Assembly (NCBI GenBank): GCA_964187785.1
Contig: OZ076419.1
Location: 51,150,001 to 51,214,000 of the forward strand
Direction of reading: 5' to 3'
DNA: 64,000 nt
DNA from: Amphiscolops sp. MND2022
Taxonomy: Eukaryota
Both the position numbers and the translations under genes were made by a program. The notes beneath the pieces are model-generated. The model ran no database searches and was not told the origin of the DNA. It saw nothing but the letters and a program-made list of their open reading frames with translations. Shown here piece by piece: positions 36,681 to 47,883 of the stretch (its first letter is position 1; each line of letters opens with the position of its first letter).

Positions 36681-37789
36681 TTAGTTTTTCTTGCTTTTCA
36701 ATGTCTTGCACCGAACATCTGTTGAACCTCCTTCTTGCTCACCACTGGAGCAACGGTTGAGGAAAACATTAACCCGACTCAGAGTAGGGTCTGGCGACGG
36801 GGAACTGTTGACACTACTACGTCGGCTAACACTAGGAGTGGTGGTGGTAGAGCTAACAGCAGGCTTCTCCAGCCTCAAAACGGCCTTACGATATCCAGCT
36901 TCCAGTTTGCCGACTAACGCGGATCTTCGGGAACTGCTCGCTTTGGAAAAATTCCAGATGGAAAACTTCTTATCAGACAGCAAATCAGTCCCTCGTCCCA
37001 ACAAACGGAAGGCACGACTAATAGCCTTTGAATCTTTAAACAGACTAGAGACATGAGGCACAGTTTGGTAGGAAATTTGCAGGCTAACAACACAAGAATT
37101 AAAAGAGCTCTTATCGGATTCAAGTGTAGGCATTGGTACATCGAATACAGGTGGCACTTCCACCGTCGGTGACAAGCACAAACAAGAATATCTAAACAGT
37201 AACAGAAGTTCCGGCCTCGACTGAATTTCGTAATGAGTAGCTATAAAGGATACCCAATCTTCATACTCAGGAATGTTTTCTGTTCTCATCTTTGAAACGA
37301 ATGACCGGTACTGACTAATCACTCGCACCTTCTCAGTAGAAGAAAGCATCCCAGCAGCCACAAAGTGGGAAGATAGCTTCTCAATAGCTGTGGCGTAAAC
37401 CTCTTCAGGGCTCTCAAAGACTACAGGGGAATCAAATGCGGATAAACCCCTGAGCAAATTAGATTTGACGATCTCGTGGGTCAATAACTGCTTACAAAAA
37501 GATTTGCAGAAGCTAATTGACTGCGCAATAAATTTACTGGGTCGGGATAACTTGCTGGTGAGAACCAAACGATGATAATCTTCATTGAGCACAAATTCAT
37601 CGTTGCTTTTAAAAGGCAATTTAGTAGCATCCAATTCCAGTCCGAGATAAGTATCCCAATCTGAGACGCTACCCAGAATACGATCAGGAAGGATACTCTG
37701 CAGCTGTGAGTAGGTAAACACGGCAAATTGGTTGAATAACCTGAAGCCACTGTCTATCTGTTTTTGGGTCTCTGGGAAGGCTGAATTAT
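36681..37789 (-). CDS. E2 antisense cargo gene, terminal exon (hAT C-terminal-like domain)
   Basis: Acceptor tgtttcag|AT (phase 1), open to stop 36681. SAFPETQKQIDSGFRLFNQF..SNLLRGLSAFD..SRPELLLLFRYSCLCL aligns with E3 exon 5 (TSFVPHLVERRDHGFHIYRQL..SDIVKGMGAFD..TRPHLARIFRLCCLCL). Confidence 0.85.
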
Positions 37790-38048
37790 CTGAAACAACA
37801 TGAGATATTCAAAAAATGAGTGATTAAATACAATAAAATGATCTTCATAACGAGTCAAACCCTACATCAAGAAGAAATAAGTCAGATCAGACCATGACTC
37901 ATGACTGAGCTTACAGTTCGTATTATTCATTGTTATTCTCGCATCAAACAATTGTTACTGCTGGTAACACTGAATACAAGTATTAGACGTCATCCTACGG
38001 TTCGAGGTGAAGCGTATATACGTCACTCCACAAAATTGCTGAGTACAT

Positions 38049-38165
38049 TATGCGTCATTATGCGGTTCAAGGTCTGACGACTATGCGTCACTATGCGGAA
38101 TTGCATAGTGGACTATGCGTCACTATGCGGAATTGCAAATTGATCTATACGTCACTATGCGGAAT
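38049..38165. repeat. Four TATGCGTCA(C/T)TATGCGG-type units at ~32 bp spacing
   Basis: Seen directly; related motifs occur in the E2 LTRs and at 39566-39810. Confidence 0.9.
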
Positions 38166-38247
38166 CGCACGTTAAGCTGATGCGTCTCTTAACAATCAAT
38201 ACAGCGATGTCGTTGACGTGGAAAATAATTGAATAATGCGTTGTAGT

Positions 38248-38941
38248 TTACCCACAAGTCAGAATAAATCCAACAACTGGCTCATTTCCTGCGGTAGCTG
38301 GTCGGGTAATGCTCCCCCATGAATCTTGTTGACTCATTCCTCCTTCCTGGACGGGACTACTGGGAATCAAAGGATTGGGTAATGAACCATCAGTCCCAGT
38401 GACGAACTGACTAAACCTCGGCGAAAGAATACGGGATGTTCCAGGGGCGTCTAAATCCGTAAAAAAACCCTTGAGCAAAACTATGGCAATCCTCATCCAT
38501 GGGTTTCGAAGTAGGAGCTATCTTAAGTTGAGTTGTACCAGGCTCTAGTAACGAACTTTCCTCAGTTCGGAGGGTCTCCTCACGAATTATTGGAGGGCCT
38601 TCGGTCAGCGCCGGCTCACTGGAGTTTTCTTTTGTAGCTCCTTCGTCAATTTGCAGGTCAGGTGTGCTGGGCGATTCTTGAGGAAGTGTTCGATTCAAAG
38701 TTCGTGGTGCGGCAACTCGTAACGCAGTATAGATTTTGTCCGGGGAACTGATAGGAGTAGCTTGAGTTGTTCCTTGTCCAACTGAAACAAGCGTTTTAAA
38801 CAAGCGTTTGAAAATGAAGTAAACTTCGCAAGTGAAACCTGTTCCAATTCTTCTAGAATCCGGACGCGGGGACCGGAAGTTAAAAAAGGAACGGAAATCA
38901 CTTAGAAAACTGAATAGGAAGCGCTTCAAAAGTTTGAACAT
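38248..38941 (-). pseudogene. E2 antisense cargo gene, Ser/Pro/Glu-rich 5' exon relic (probable 1-bp indel in the T7 run at 38461-38467)
   Basis: Overlapping ORFs 38411-38941 and 38248-38496 join at GFF; composition and position match the disordered N-terminus of the E3 antisense protein. Confidence 0.5.
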
Positions 38942-39565
38942 GGCTTTGAAAATTATCTAAGCCTTTTCAATTTTGCAGGCCTGGCCAGTCTCGCAAAAAT
39001 CACAAATTCAAAACAAATTTATCAATCTAAAACCAAAAGAAACGAGTTGGACTAACGGGAAGAAAGTTCAGGCAGTTCTTCAGGGTTCCAAAAATCATCA
39101 CGTTGTAATGGATTGTAGTCCTTCCGTGATCTGCGTTTTTCGCTCTGATCGGCTTCAGAATTCACATCCATGATGAGGCAGTCGTACCAAAACAATTTAG
39201 AACTCCCACGAGAATTATAAAGGCAAAATAAACTCTAATGGGGAGAATACCGTAGTAAGCAATGATATAATCAATCTGGGAAGAAACCAGGGAAGAGAAA
39301 GTTACTGAAAAGTTGACTCTGCAAAGACTAAAATACTTTACTGAAACTGAGACTTAAATGTGACTCTTACAATGAAAATGATCAAGCAGTAAGGCGTGGC
39401 GTAATATAGCAAACAAAGGCAAAAAAGCAAATGAGACAGATTTGCGCAAATGTGCAAAACAAATACTATGATCTGATTGGCTAATTAAATGTCAATCACG
39501 TCTGCCAGCGTGATTGATTGACTCATTATACAACACCAATGCATAGATGTTATTTTGGTTGAAAG

Positions 39566-39810
39566 TATACGGCAGTATGCGGATTGCAGATACAAAGTAT
39601 ACGGCAGTATGCAGATTGCAAAAGAAGAATATGCGGCAGTATGCGGATCGAGTGAAGACGTGTATGCGGCAGTATGCGGATTGTGGAAGAAGAATATGCG
39701 GCAGTATGCGGATCGAATGAAGACGTGTATGCGGCAGTATGCGGACTGTGAAAGAAGAGTATGCGGCAGCATGTGGATTGTGAAAGAAGAGTATGCGGCC
39801 ATATGCGGTT
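39566..39810. repeat. Minisatellite of 8 units (~32-33 bp), core TATGCGGCAGTATGCGG
   Basis: Seen directly. Confidence 0.95.
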
Positions 39811-40643
39811 CTCGCTGCACAACTTTAATAGAATGGATTAATGCAGTTCGTGATTAGAAACGAACAGATGAAGAAGTATTACATAATACTTTGATGAAAA
39901 TTAAAACATTCTCAAAAATAAACACCTGTGTTATTGTTGATGCCTAGTATACATGATACCTAGTCCTATGCTGAATTTAGCTAATTTAGTGGATTCTGAG
40001 CTAAAGGGGTCTTTTAGAAGTTTAGGGACAAAACAATTGAAGTCATTGAACATCATCTGTTAAATCACCAATCCATTCACCCTTTTAAAATGCGGGACTA
40101 GATTTATTACATATTTTTTACTTAAAATTAGTGTTTGAGCAAAATATGTAGTTAAACTAAAGGTGGAATATGTTTCATAACTCTTTTCACCATTTCATAA
40201 AATTGGTCATGAAGAATTAAATAAATTTCCCCCCCCCTAAACTTTTCAAGGAAGCCGCTATGGAAGTTTTTGACAACTTTGATGTCCCGTTGAGTTTTGT
40301 TTGTATATCATTTAATCGCCTAGAAGTTGATGTATTTTCTAGTGATAAATGATGAATCGTTTAAGTGTTAAGCAAAACACCTTTTACGGAAATTGTTTAC
40401 GAATCATCACAAGTGGGTCTCATGACTTGATGTCTAATAAAACCCTTATAAAGGAAAAAGAAGGAATTCAAAAAGCGTGACTCTCAAATTTTTCGCGGGT
40501 TTTGTCAAAAGCAATAGGAGAAAGATCATCAATCACCATATGGTCTTTAACAATTCAAAACTCAGTCGCCTTTTGAAATAACTGATAATTTGTTACCTGA
40601 AGAAACTCACCCATCGATTTCAATCATAACATTTTCTGGCAAA

Positions 40644-41672
40644 ATGAACAAGTTACAATTTAACTTTGAAGAAGACAGCCTTTATTCACCTCTGTCCCCC
40701 GATGTGATCGATATATCCAGTGGTTCCGAAGATGCTTTTTCGATCGCCCCTGGTAACACCCAGCAACTAGAGGAAAAATTCAGAGTAAATCCGGCAGGAA
40801 GTAACTTGAAGGCTGCATTTGTCGGGTCATCTCTGGCGACCTTGTACCCCAACTCAACTGTGCCCCAAGGGAATCATGAAACTACAGTGACAGGAGGCTC
40901 ACAAATAGAAAAGAATCTTATGGAACTGATGAATGAACCCCGGGATGAACCCACAGATTCCCCGGCATCATTCGTCGACAGTGAGTTTGAAGAAAGTAAT
41001 CTGTTTCCCTGGATGGACAACAGAGGCTCGACCCAGGACACAAATCACTATGGTCGGCCATGCGTTAGAGTAATGCCAGTTCTAAGGGAAAACCAGGACG
41101 AGAGTGGAGTTCTGCCGACTCCAATGTCCGAACAAACACCCAATGGAGGCCCCAATCCATCAGTTATGCAGAACACACTAACAAACGACACCATGGAATA
41201 TGAACCGCATGATGTCGGGGCTCAGTTGCAGATTCCGGTTTCGAGGAACATGCAGGGGTTCAGCCTGTCCCCAATGTTGTTCCCAATGCAGATAACGGAC
41301 ACAGCCCAAGAAATGCACCGAGCGCCGTTGATTATGCAGCAAACAGCGCAGATTGGTTTCCCTTTCAATACAGTTCACAGTTCTAATGTGTTACTAATTC
41401 CGGCCAGTGAGAGACAGGGCATCCGACTTCTGCCGACAGTTATGCCGAATGTGGCGGGGTATTGTGAACTATGCGGCAAATGCTTTGACCAAGTTGCATT
41501 GGAGACCCTCGGCCAATACTTGGTTGCCACTGAGTATGAAAGTGAGACTGTTAAAGAAAGAAAAATGAGGTCAAAAGCCTTTATCCACGGGTTCCAGGCA
41601 GCCTTGTTCCTTTTTAAAAATGCGGGACTGTCGCATCCCCCAAGATGCGATGGTTCCGGAGTGCAACTCTAG
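40644..41672 (+). CDS. E2 ORF3: sense accessory protein (342 aa from the first ATG), stop inside the 3' LTR
   Basis: Long open ORF; acidic/Pro/Met-rich body with C-terminal GYCELCGKCFDQVALE..FQAALFLFKNAGLSHPPRCDG. The last 44 nt lie within the LTR (starts 41629). Confidence 0.75.
   Translation: MNKLQFNFEEDSLYSPLSPDVIDISSGSEDAFSIAPGNTQQLEEKFRVNPAGSNLKAAFVGSSLATLYPNSTVPQGNHETTVTGGSQIEKNLMELMNEPRDEPTDSPASFVDSEFEESNLFPWMDNRGSTQDTNHYGRPCVRVMPVLRENQDESGVLPTPMSEQTPNGGPNPSVMQNTLTNDTMEYEPHDVGAQLQIPVSRNMQGFSLSPMLFPMQITDTAQEMHRAPLIMQQTAQIGFPFNTVHSSNVLLIPASERQGIRLLPTVMPNVAGYCELCGKCFDQVALETLGQYLVATEYESETVKERKMRSKAFIHGFQAALFLFKNAGLSHPPRCDGSGVQL
41616..41627 (+). promoter_or_regulatory. Weak polypurine-tract candidate aaaaatgcggga
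   Basis: Purine-rich and 1 nt upstream of the 3' LTR TG, but contains pyrimidines. Confidence 0.35.
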
Positions 41673-43148
41673 AACGGAACAAGTACTGGAACCTTTTCTA
41701 TAGACTCACACAAACTCTAATAAACTCATTGTGAACATGTTTTTGTACTTCGTTACTTTCAAAAGGTCATGTAAATATCATTTCTATACTTTGCTTACCA
41801 TGAAGAAACACCCATTATAGTGCTTATGTACCTTGGATTCCTGATTAAGAGCCCCTATTTTCATCACAAATCTGATATTTCACCGCTTAATCATATGAAC
41901 TATAAGTTTCCGATGCATCCAAATCAACTCCGTAATAATTTGTGCTTTAGCATAGTACTATTATACGGTACTATGCGGATCGAGGTGTGACGTATACTCG
42001 TCACCATACGTTTTTGGTAATACCATTATGCGGCATTATACGTTTCAAGGCGTGATGTATATGCGGCATTAGACGTCTTTTGTAGTAACATTATGCGGCA
42101 TCTAGCGGATCGAAAAGGAATGATTATACGTCATTATGCGGTTCTCGCAGGACTTATTAAATGATCACAGGACGCGTTCTAACAGCATTTAGAAAGTGTT
42201 TTCAGCCATATTTGGAAGTTATTTTGAGATATTTTTCCAGGGTTTTGCAGTTTCTTGTCCATAACCACTTCCCATGATGTCATGTAAATGTGCTATTTTT
42301 ATAATATGATGTCATCTGACGCAATTCTATTTTGTGCTGGTTTTCATGATGATTCTAATAAAAAGGAGTGTCATGATTTTTAAATATATTTCGTTTTGTA
42401 ATATAATTGGAAGAATTCATAACAAGATTTGCCTTTCATCAAAAGCAGTTGCTTTTCAAATGATTGTAAACCTCTTCGTTTTCATCACTGTAAACTCTAC
42501 AACCTTGTTCTTTTGAGATATCAAAGTTAATTCAAATTCTTCCCCAAAAGCCAGAAAACATTTTCACTTGAGACGAGATGGGAAATAGACGTAATAAAAG
42601 GTCCAGGAGACTAGAAACTCCTTCTCCAGAGAGGAGTGTAGAAAGGACCCAAATAGAAACGCCAAATGCAGGTAATATAACTTTAACTAATCATAATACT
42701 GTTGTCCAAGAAAATTTAGGTGAAAACAACATAGGAGTACAATTGGTTGAACCCAGTCAAATCAGCACCGAGATTCAAGCTTGGACCCAAATATTTGAAC
42801 AAAAGAACAACGATAGAATAGAGAAAATGAGAGAAGAAATGGACAATAAACTTGAAACCATTCTCAGAGAAATAAAATCCAATAAAAGCGCTTCAGTAGC
42901 AACAAACCCAAGGTCAGAAACTAATGAAATGCAAGATCCTCAACCATCGGGATCCAGAACAATCAGGTCTATAGGAGTTCATGCATCCAACAATGAGAAC
43001 TCAGAAACTGAAGACGAGGATTTTCCTCTTAAGGCTTCGAAAGCAAAAGACTTACGACAACCCGCAAAACCTATATATGAGTCAGATGTAGATGTTACAA
43101 TTCATTCGGACGAAGAATCTGATGCGGAGCCGATAGAGGATTATCACA
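41629..43148 (+). repeat. E2 3' LTR (1520 bp), carrying a copy of the Gag N-terminal ORF
   Basis: Near-identical to 28969-30526 and followed by the TSD atatc. The ORF at 42578 repeats the first ~190 aa of Gag. Confidence 0.96.
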
Positions 43149-43275
43149 ATATCTCAGCTTGTAATGAAACGAAAGAGAAAATGCAATGGATCTTGTTTCT
43201 GTGCAACTTAACTCTGGCACAACATATGGGAGATTTTCCATTTTTCTGATAAAAAAAACAAACAGTGTGACTTAC

Positions 43276-43540
43276 TACCTTGATCTTCAGGTGAATGTAG
43301 ATAACAGACATTTTCTATCTTCGAGGACGCACAACTCTCAAACTTGATCCTCAAGTCAATCTCCGCCCCAAAGTCGCCCTCTGACCCATCATCCACGAAC
43401 ACGAAGTGACTATGGTTAGGGTTCAAGAGAACGTCTGTCGATTTGTCCTGCTTCTTCAATGGATATTCTACGTGTTTATATTCCCGTCCAGTATCAAAGA
43501 TCACAACATCTTCTTTAGGGGCGTGAGAAATGTTTGCACG
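43276..43540 (-). CDS. TRPM-like channel exon (SLOG domain)
   Basis: Acceptor tttattttag|CGT (phase 0), donor GGT A|GTAAGT (phase 1). Reads LLNPNHSHFVFVDDGSEGDFGAEIDLRIKFE, the hallmark TRPM LNxxHSHFILVDxGTxxxxGxExxLRxxLE motif. Confidence 0.9.
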
Positions 43541-44737
43541 CTAAAATAAAATGATCGTTGCTTTGATATCTGCAATGAATTTTGATTGAATATATTTTCC
43601 CTCAACAGAAACTTTCCCTCAGCAAAGTTTGGTATATAAAACTGGTGAAGTTTGTATTTGTTCACTTCTTATCAACTGGAAAACTTCCGTCTGATCGAGA
43701 ACTTCGTATTTCTATTGTTTCGTTTTTCTCTACACTTTAACAATCGCCATCATGTTTTTCACAAGGTTAACAAGTGATTGAATGCGTAATATTGGCGTTG
43801 TAAGGTCGTAACACCGACCGGTACTAATGCAGAATAAATTTACTGCAGAGCTGAATCGAATTCTTGATTGTGGGTGATCGCTCAAATCAACAGTATGCCT
43901 TAAAAGATGAAATTACTGTGTAACTGCAACCGGTCAGAGTAAATGAAAGTCAAGGTAGTAGTTTGCTTGTCTTCTTATTTCGTCTTGTCGTCGGCTCCGA
44001 TTTGAGAGCGGCTTTATTTTCGGTTTTATTTTTTTTTCGTTCTAAAGTTCGTTCGGTTATACGAATGGCTACCAATATTTGCAAGTACCGCTGGCTAGTA
44101 CCAAATAGTTCACATTACGAGACACATCCCGGTGAAATGTCACGCAGCGTAATTGGTGTTATCCGTAAAATGGCGCGTAGTTAGTGAAAAGTGGAAGTTG
44201 ATTCAAAAATGCACTATTCCGTAATTCAGGCAAATTTTGAATAACTTCCACTTATTACAAGTATAGCGATCCGCAATTTGCAAAGTTTGACTAACTTACA
44301 CCATGTTTATATGCATTCAAAATGCAGTGTTCATTTCAATTCTAATTCAAACCACCACAGCGTTAAACAGTAAAGATAAACAGAACCACCTGTAACTATA
44401 GATTCAGAGTGTAGGTAGTCACATTGTGTAAAAACTATGTCTGGTGTCAAATAGTCAACTACTGTATATTCCGCTGGTGTAAACTTGTCATTTTGCGAAG
44501 CTGTGTCAACCACTGTAACGTCGTCCTAACAATGCGTGTAATGTGTGACAAGTAGAAACCTTCCAAAAAAACTCGTGAATCGATTGAATAAAAATCGAAC
44601 TAGCAGGAGCGTGTTAGTTCGTTACCGGGAAGTGCCTCGGAATGCACTTGACGTGTTTCATAACTGACGACGGCGGCGGCCAATAGAATACTGTTTGCAA
44701 CAGAACTGTGAAAAAAATCAGTAGAAAGTGTTTTAAC

Positions 44738-44847
44738 CTTTTCGTCTGTTTCTTCCTGCTCAAGGTCTCCGATTTCCTCGGATGCTGGATTGCTGAAATC
44801 TGTACACTCATTAGGATGATCATCCTCATTGATTGATGTGTTGTCAC
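44738..44847 (-). CDS. Candidate acidic TRPM-like exon bridging phase 1 to phase 0
   Basis: ttttttcag|GT GAC..GAA AAG|GTTAAA; encodes DNTSINEDDHPNECTDFSNPASEEIGDLEQEETDEK. Restores frame between the 45225 and 43540 exons; no family motif. Confidence 0.35.
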
Positions 44848-45224
44848 CTGAAAAAAGCTTACATCTCCTTCCACGGGTACTGTATACAAAAAAAGGCTAG
44901 GATCTTCTCTGCAAGGGCATAAATATGAAGGCAAGGTAACGGATTGTTTGGATACAAAGCGGTTGATATTTGCGATGGATACTAAAGATCGAGGGCCTAG
45001 ATGTGTATTACAATACATATAGTCCAAACGCTATTTAAAGACCGGTTGAAATTCTGCAGTTTAATTTGCAACAGAGTAAATTTCCCGGAAAAAATTCCGG
45101 CAAAAAATGAAAATTCCGCAAATGTTCCCGGCAACAGAGTTACAATGAATCAGCAAAATATTGGGTGCAACTATAGTTTCCTTTCATTTATAATTCAAGA
45201 CTAACATACTTTTTTGCAACTTAC

Positions 45225-45377
45225 TTTGTGAAACAGGCCCGTGGTCTCCTATGGCTTTGCATACGAGGTCGTCTCTACCATAAATCACTCCCCAAGGGAC
45301 GAAGCCGATAACAGTCAATATGTTTCTAACCAAATCCGACTCTTCAGCTACAGCGTCACCGACGTACGACGTCACAC
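45225..45377 (-). CDS. TRPM-like channel exon
   Basis: catttcag|GT GTG..CAA A|GTAAGT; reads (G)VTSYVGDAV..TVIGFVPWGVIYGRDDLV, matching GVxxHVGDA..xIGIAPWGxIxNRxxL. Confidence 0.88.
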
Positions 45378-46762
45378 CTGAAATGTGAGGGAATTAGCAG
45401 ATCAGATCATATTTTTCTGATCCTTCCAAGCGGTAGTTAAACATGGAACAAGGTCCGAATATCATTATGTCGCCATCAATTGCGCTGAAATTTTTGTCCA
45501 ATAAAATCATTGATGTCGACATAATCCTAGCTATCCATCATAAGTTGCTGATTTTAATTTACCGTAGATAAAAATTGCGTTAAAACAGGGGCTTTCCCAT
45601 ACAATGCTAGCTTGTTTCAGGGGTGAAATTTTGACAAAGGAATATCAAAAGAATCCGGAGAACATTGCTGCATATTTGGAAACAACTCTTGAGACAATCC
45701 TCTAGGTATTAGAAGCCATATCAATTTCCTTCATTCGCAAAAGACGTTTTTTCAAGCAAAACTGTTGTTTTCGCGTTTAGGGGGTGTCAAGAAACATGGC
45801 TCATCCTTTCTTCTCCCCATTTTGCAAACAAAACAGGAAATATATGGCGTACTCATTTTTGCGTATTCAAAAGAGTCTCATATTGTGAAAATGGAGCGTT
45901 AGTAAAATGGAGTAAAACTGAGAGAGCATAAAAAAGGTTTGAGAAGATCACAATGTTAAACAAAGTTTCAAATGTACTGTGGTGACTCGGTCCATTTTTT
46001 AGACTGAAACGAGACGCCAAAATCGAAATCTTGTACAACATGAAACATCCGATGTTGCCTGTTCCTTTTTTGATATTTTTTTTAATTATCGCCGATCAAT
46101 GCGAAGACACTATGCAATTTGAAACTAGGATTTTTGGTACAAAATATAGAAAAAATTTGATGTTGAAAACCATAAATTGAAGCTACAACCTCTTCGCGAA
46201 TAAATTTCTGGAGAAATACAACCACATTTTAACGTTCGTCAGGTTGCTTTTTTTATTAGTCGATCAGTTAGTTTTTCGCATTCCATTAGCAAAACAAAGG
46301 AAAAGAAAGAAAAGGCGCAGTGTTACAGTGATATCTTTCATGCACTGTTAAAAAAACAAGAGGAATATTTGGAAGGGGGAGTTTTCAGAGTAAAAATAAC
46401 ATTTTACTAACTGAAATTGTCTTCACGAAAATGATTTTGTTGTTTTTCCGGTCATTTTTGTTACACAAAGAAGTTACACAAAACGGAAGTTATCCAAGGA
46501 TGTAACCCTTCAGGCTCAAAAACCGCGTTTTCTTTTGTGTACTGAAATCATCAAATACCACAGCGAACCTTTAGAGAAAACAAAAAAATGGAAAATGTCT
46601 CAGAGCAGAACAAAACAGTGTCACTTCAACAATTTTTCAGAAAACTATTATCAGTCCCACAGGACCAAAAACTAACCACCCGTAAGACTCGTAAAACATT
46701 TTTCTTTACCAGAAGGTCTCATCGATCCAAAACAACTGCCTCAAACCCATCATTTTAAAGTT

Positions 46763-47183
46763 AACAAGACGGGAACGTCTCAAGTCGGCGCTATATCTAA
46801 GGCTCAAAAAGCGCAAAACATTTTTTTGGAAAAAAACTTGAAATTTTCGAAAAAAAAATTCTTTCGGAAAATGTCGCACAGTGCCGAAAAATGTAAAAGG
46901 GGGACACTTTTTGATTTATAAACACGCATTCTGTAGCAAAATAACAAGAAACTCAAAGGGGGGACCCTTTGGGGACATTTAAAAAATTCCGAAAAAAAGT
47001 CGCACAGTGCCGAAAAAAATCAAAGGGGGACCCTTTAGTCCCGTCCAGGCTCGTAGGTAATGTTTAAAAAGTAAAAAACCAAGGGGGGGATCCTTTGGAA
47101 AAATTTACATGCGTTTCCCTGGTATTTAGTTTCCTTTAGTTAAACGTTAACGTTCGTCGCTTCGAGTCTGTCTTAAATAAAAA
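46763..47183. mobile_element. HINE-like repeat, copy A
   Basis: AACAAG-gacgggaacgtc-aagtcggcgc start; internal gggggacccttt and aaaagtcgcacagtgccgaaaaa subrepeats as at 11261. Confidence 0.6.
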
Positions 47184-47720
47184 AACAAGACGAGAACGTC
47201 TAAAGTCGGCGCCATATCTAAGGCTCAAAAAGCGTAAAATACTTTTTTTGGAAAAAAATTGAAATTTTTGAAAAAAAAATTTCTTTCAAAAGAAGTCGCA
47301 TAGTGCCGAAAAATGTAAAAAGGGGGACCCTTCTGGATTTATTAACAAACATTCCGTTTTGTTTTCGAAAAAAAAATTCGAAAAAAAAATTTTCGAAAAA
47401 AAGTCGCACAGTTCCGAAAAAAATCCAAAGGGGGGACCCTTTGGGCACGTCCGGTTTTGTATGTTTCCTTGAAAAAGTAAAATGAAAGGGGGGACCCTTT
47501 GGAGTAAAGTTTGCCTTGGGCGGACTTGGCCCAGGTGCTCTGCGCAGAATTGAGAATTGTAAAAAGTGGACCGATCAGTGTGAGGATTGTAGTCTGAAGA
47601 AAAAAAGAAAAAAAAGTCACTGCTATAGTCGGGCATTTTTCCTTAAAAGGAAAACGCGCCGACTAAAAACGAGTGACTGTAGTAGTCGGGCTGTTTTCTT
47701 AGTAAAGCGCCGACTAAAAA
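47184..47720. mobile_element. HINE-like repeat, copy B (tandem with A)
   Basis: AACAAG..aagtcggcgccatat start; ends with two tagtcgg..gcgccgacta hairpin blocks. Confidence 0.65.
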
Positions 47721-47883
47721 CAGCGCATGAATCGAACCGAACGTTCACAGAAAGCGACTCACGTCTTGCATAGAAACTAGCTTAAACATCTAGGCCACGA
47801 GAAAAGCAATTTGCTACGATTCTAGTAACTACGCGCAAAATGTGTTTCCAGAAGCAAGGTTTCTACCTAATTGTAGGGCTAAC

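Larger units (their letters stand above)
28969..43148 (+). mobile_element. E2: young full-length Gypsy element (14180 bp) with 5-bp TSD ATATC
   Basis: atatc|TGTCGCATCC at 28964-28968 and GATTATCACA|atatc at 43149-43153; near-identical LTRs. Confidence 0.97.

Noticed and set aside
38049-38165. GCM transcription-factor sites
   Set aside because: The GCM consensus is ATGCGGGT; the arrays have ATGCGGA/C/T, so the factor cannot be named from sequence.
39566-39810. CRISPR-like repeat/spacer appearance
   Set aside because: Spacers are related to each other, the context is a eukaryotic retroelement and no cas genes are present; it is a minisatellite.
41629-43249. Second, truncated tandem element starting at 41629
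   Set aside because: Sequence stops exactly at the CA preceding the PBS position and is followed by the TSD atatc, so it is the 3' LTR of E2.
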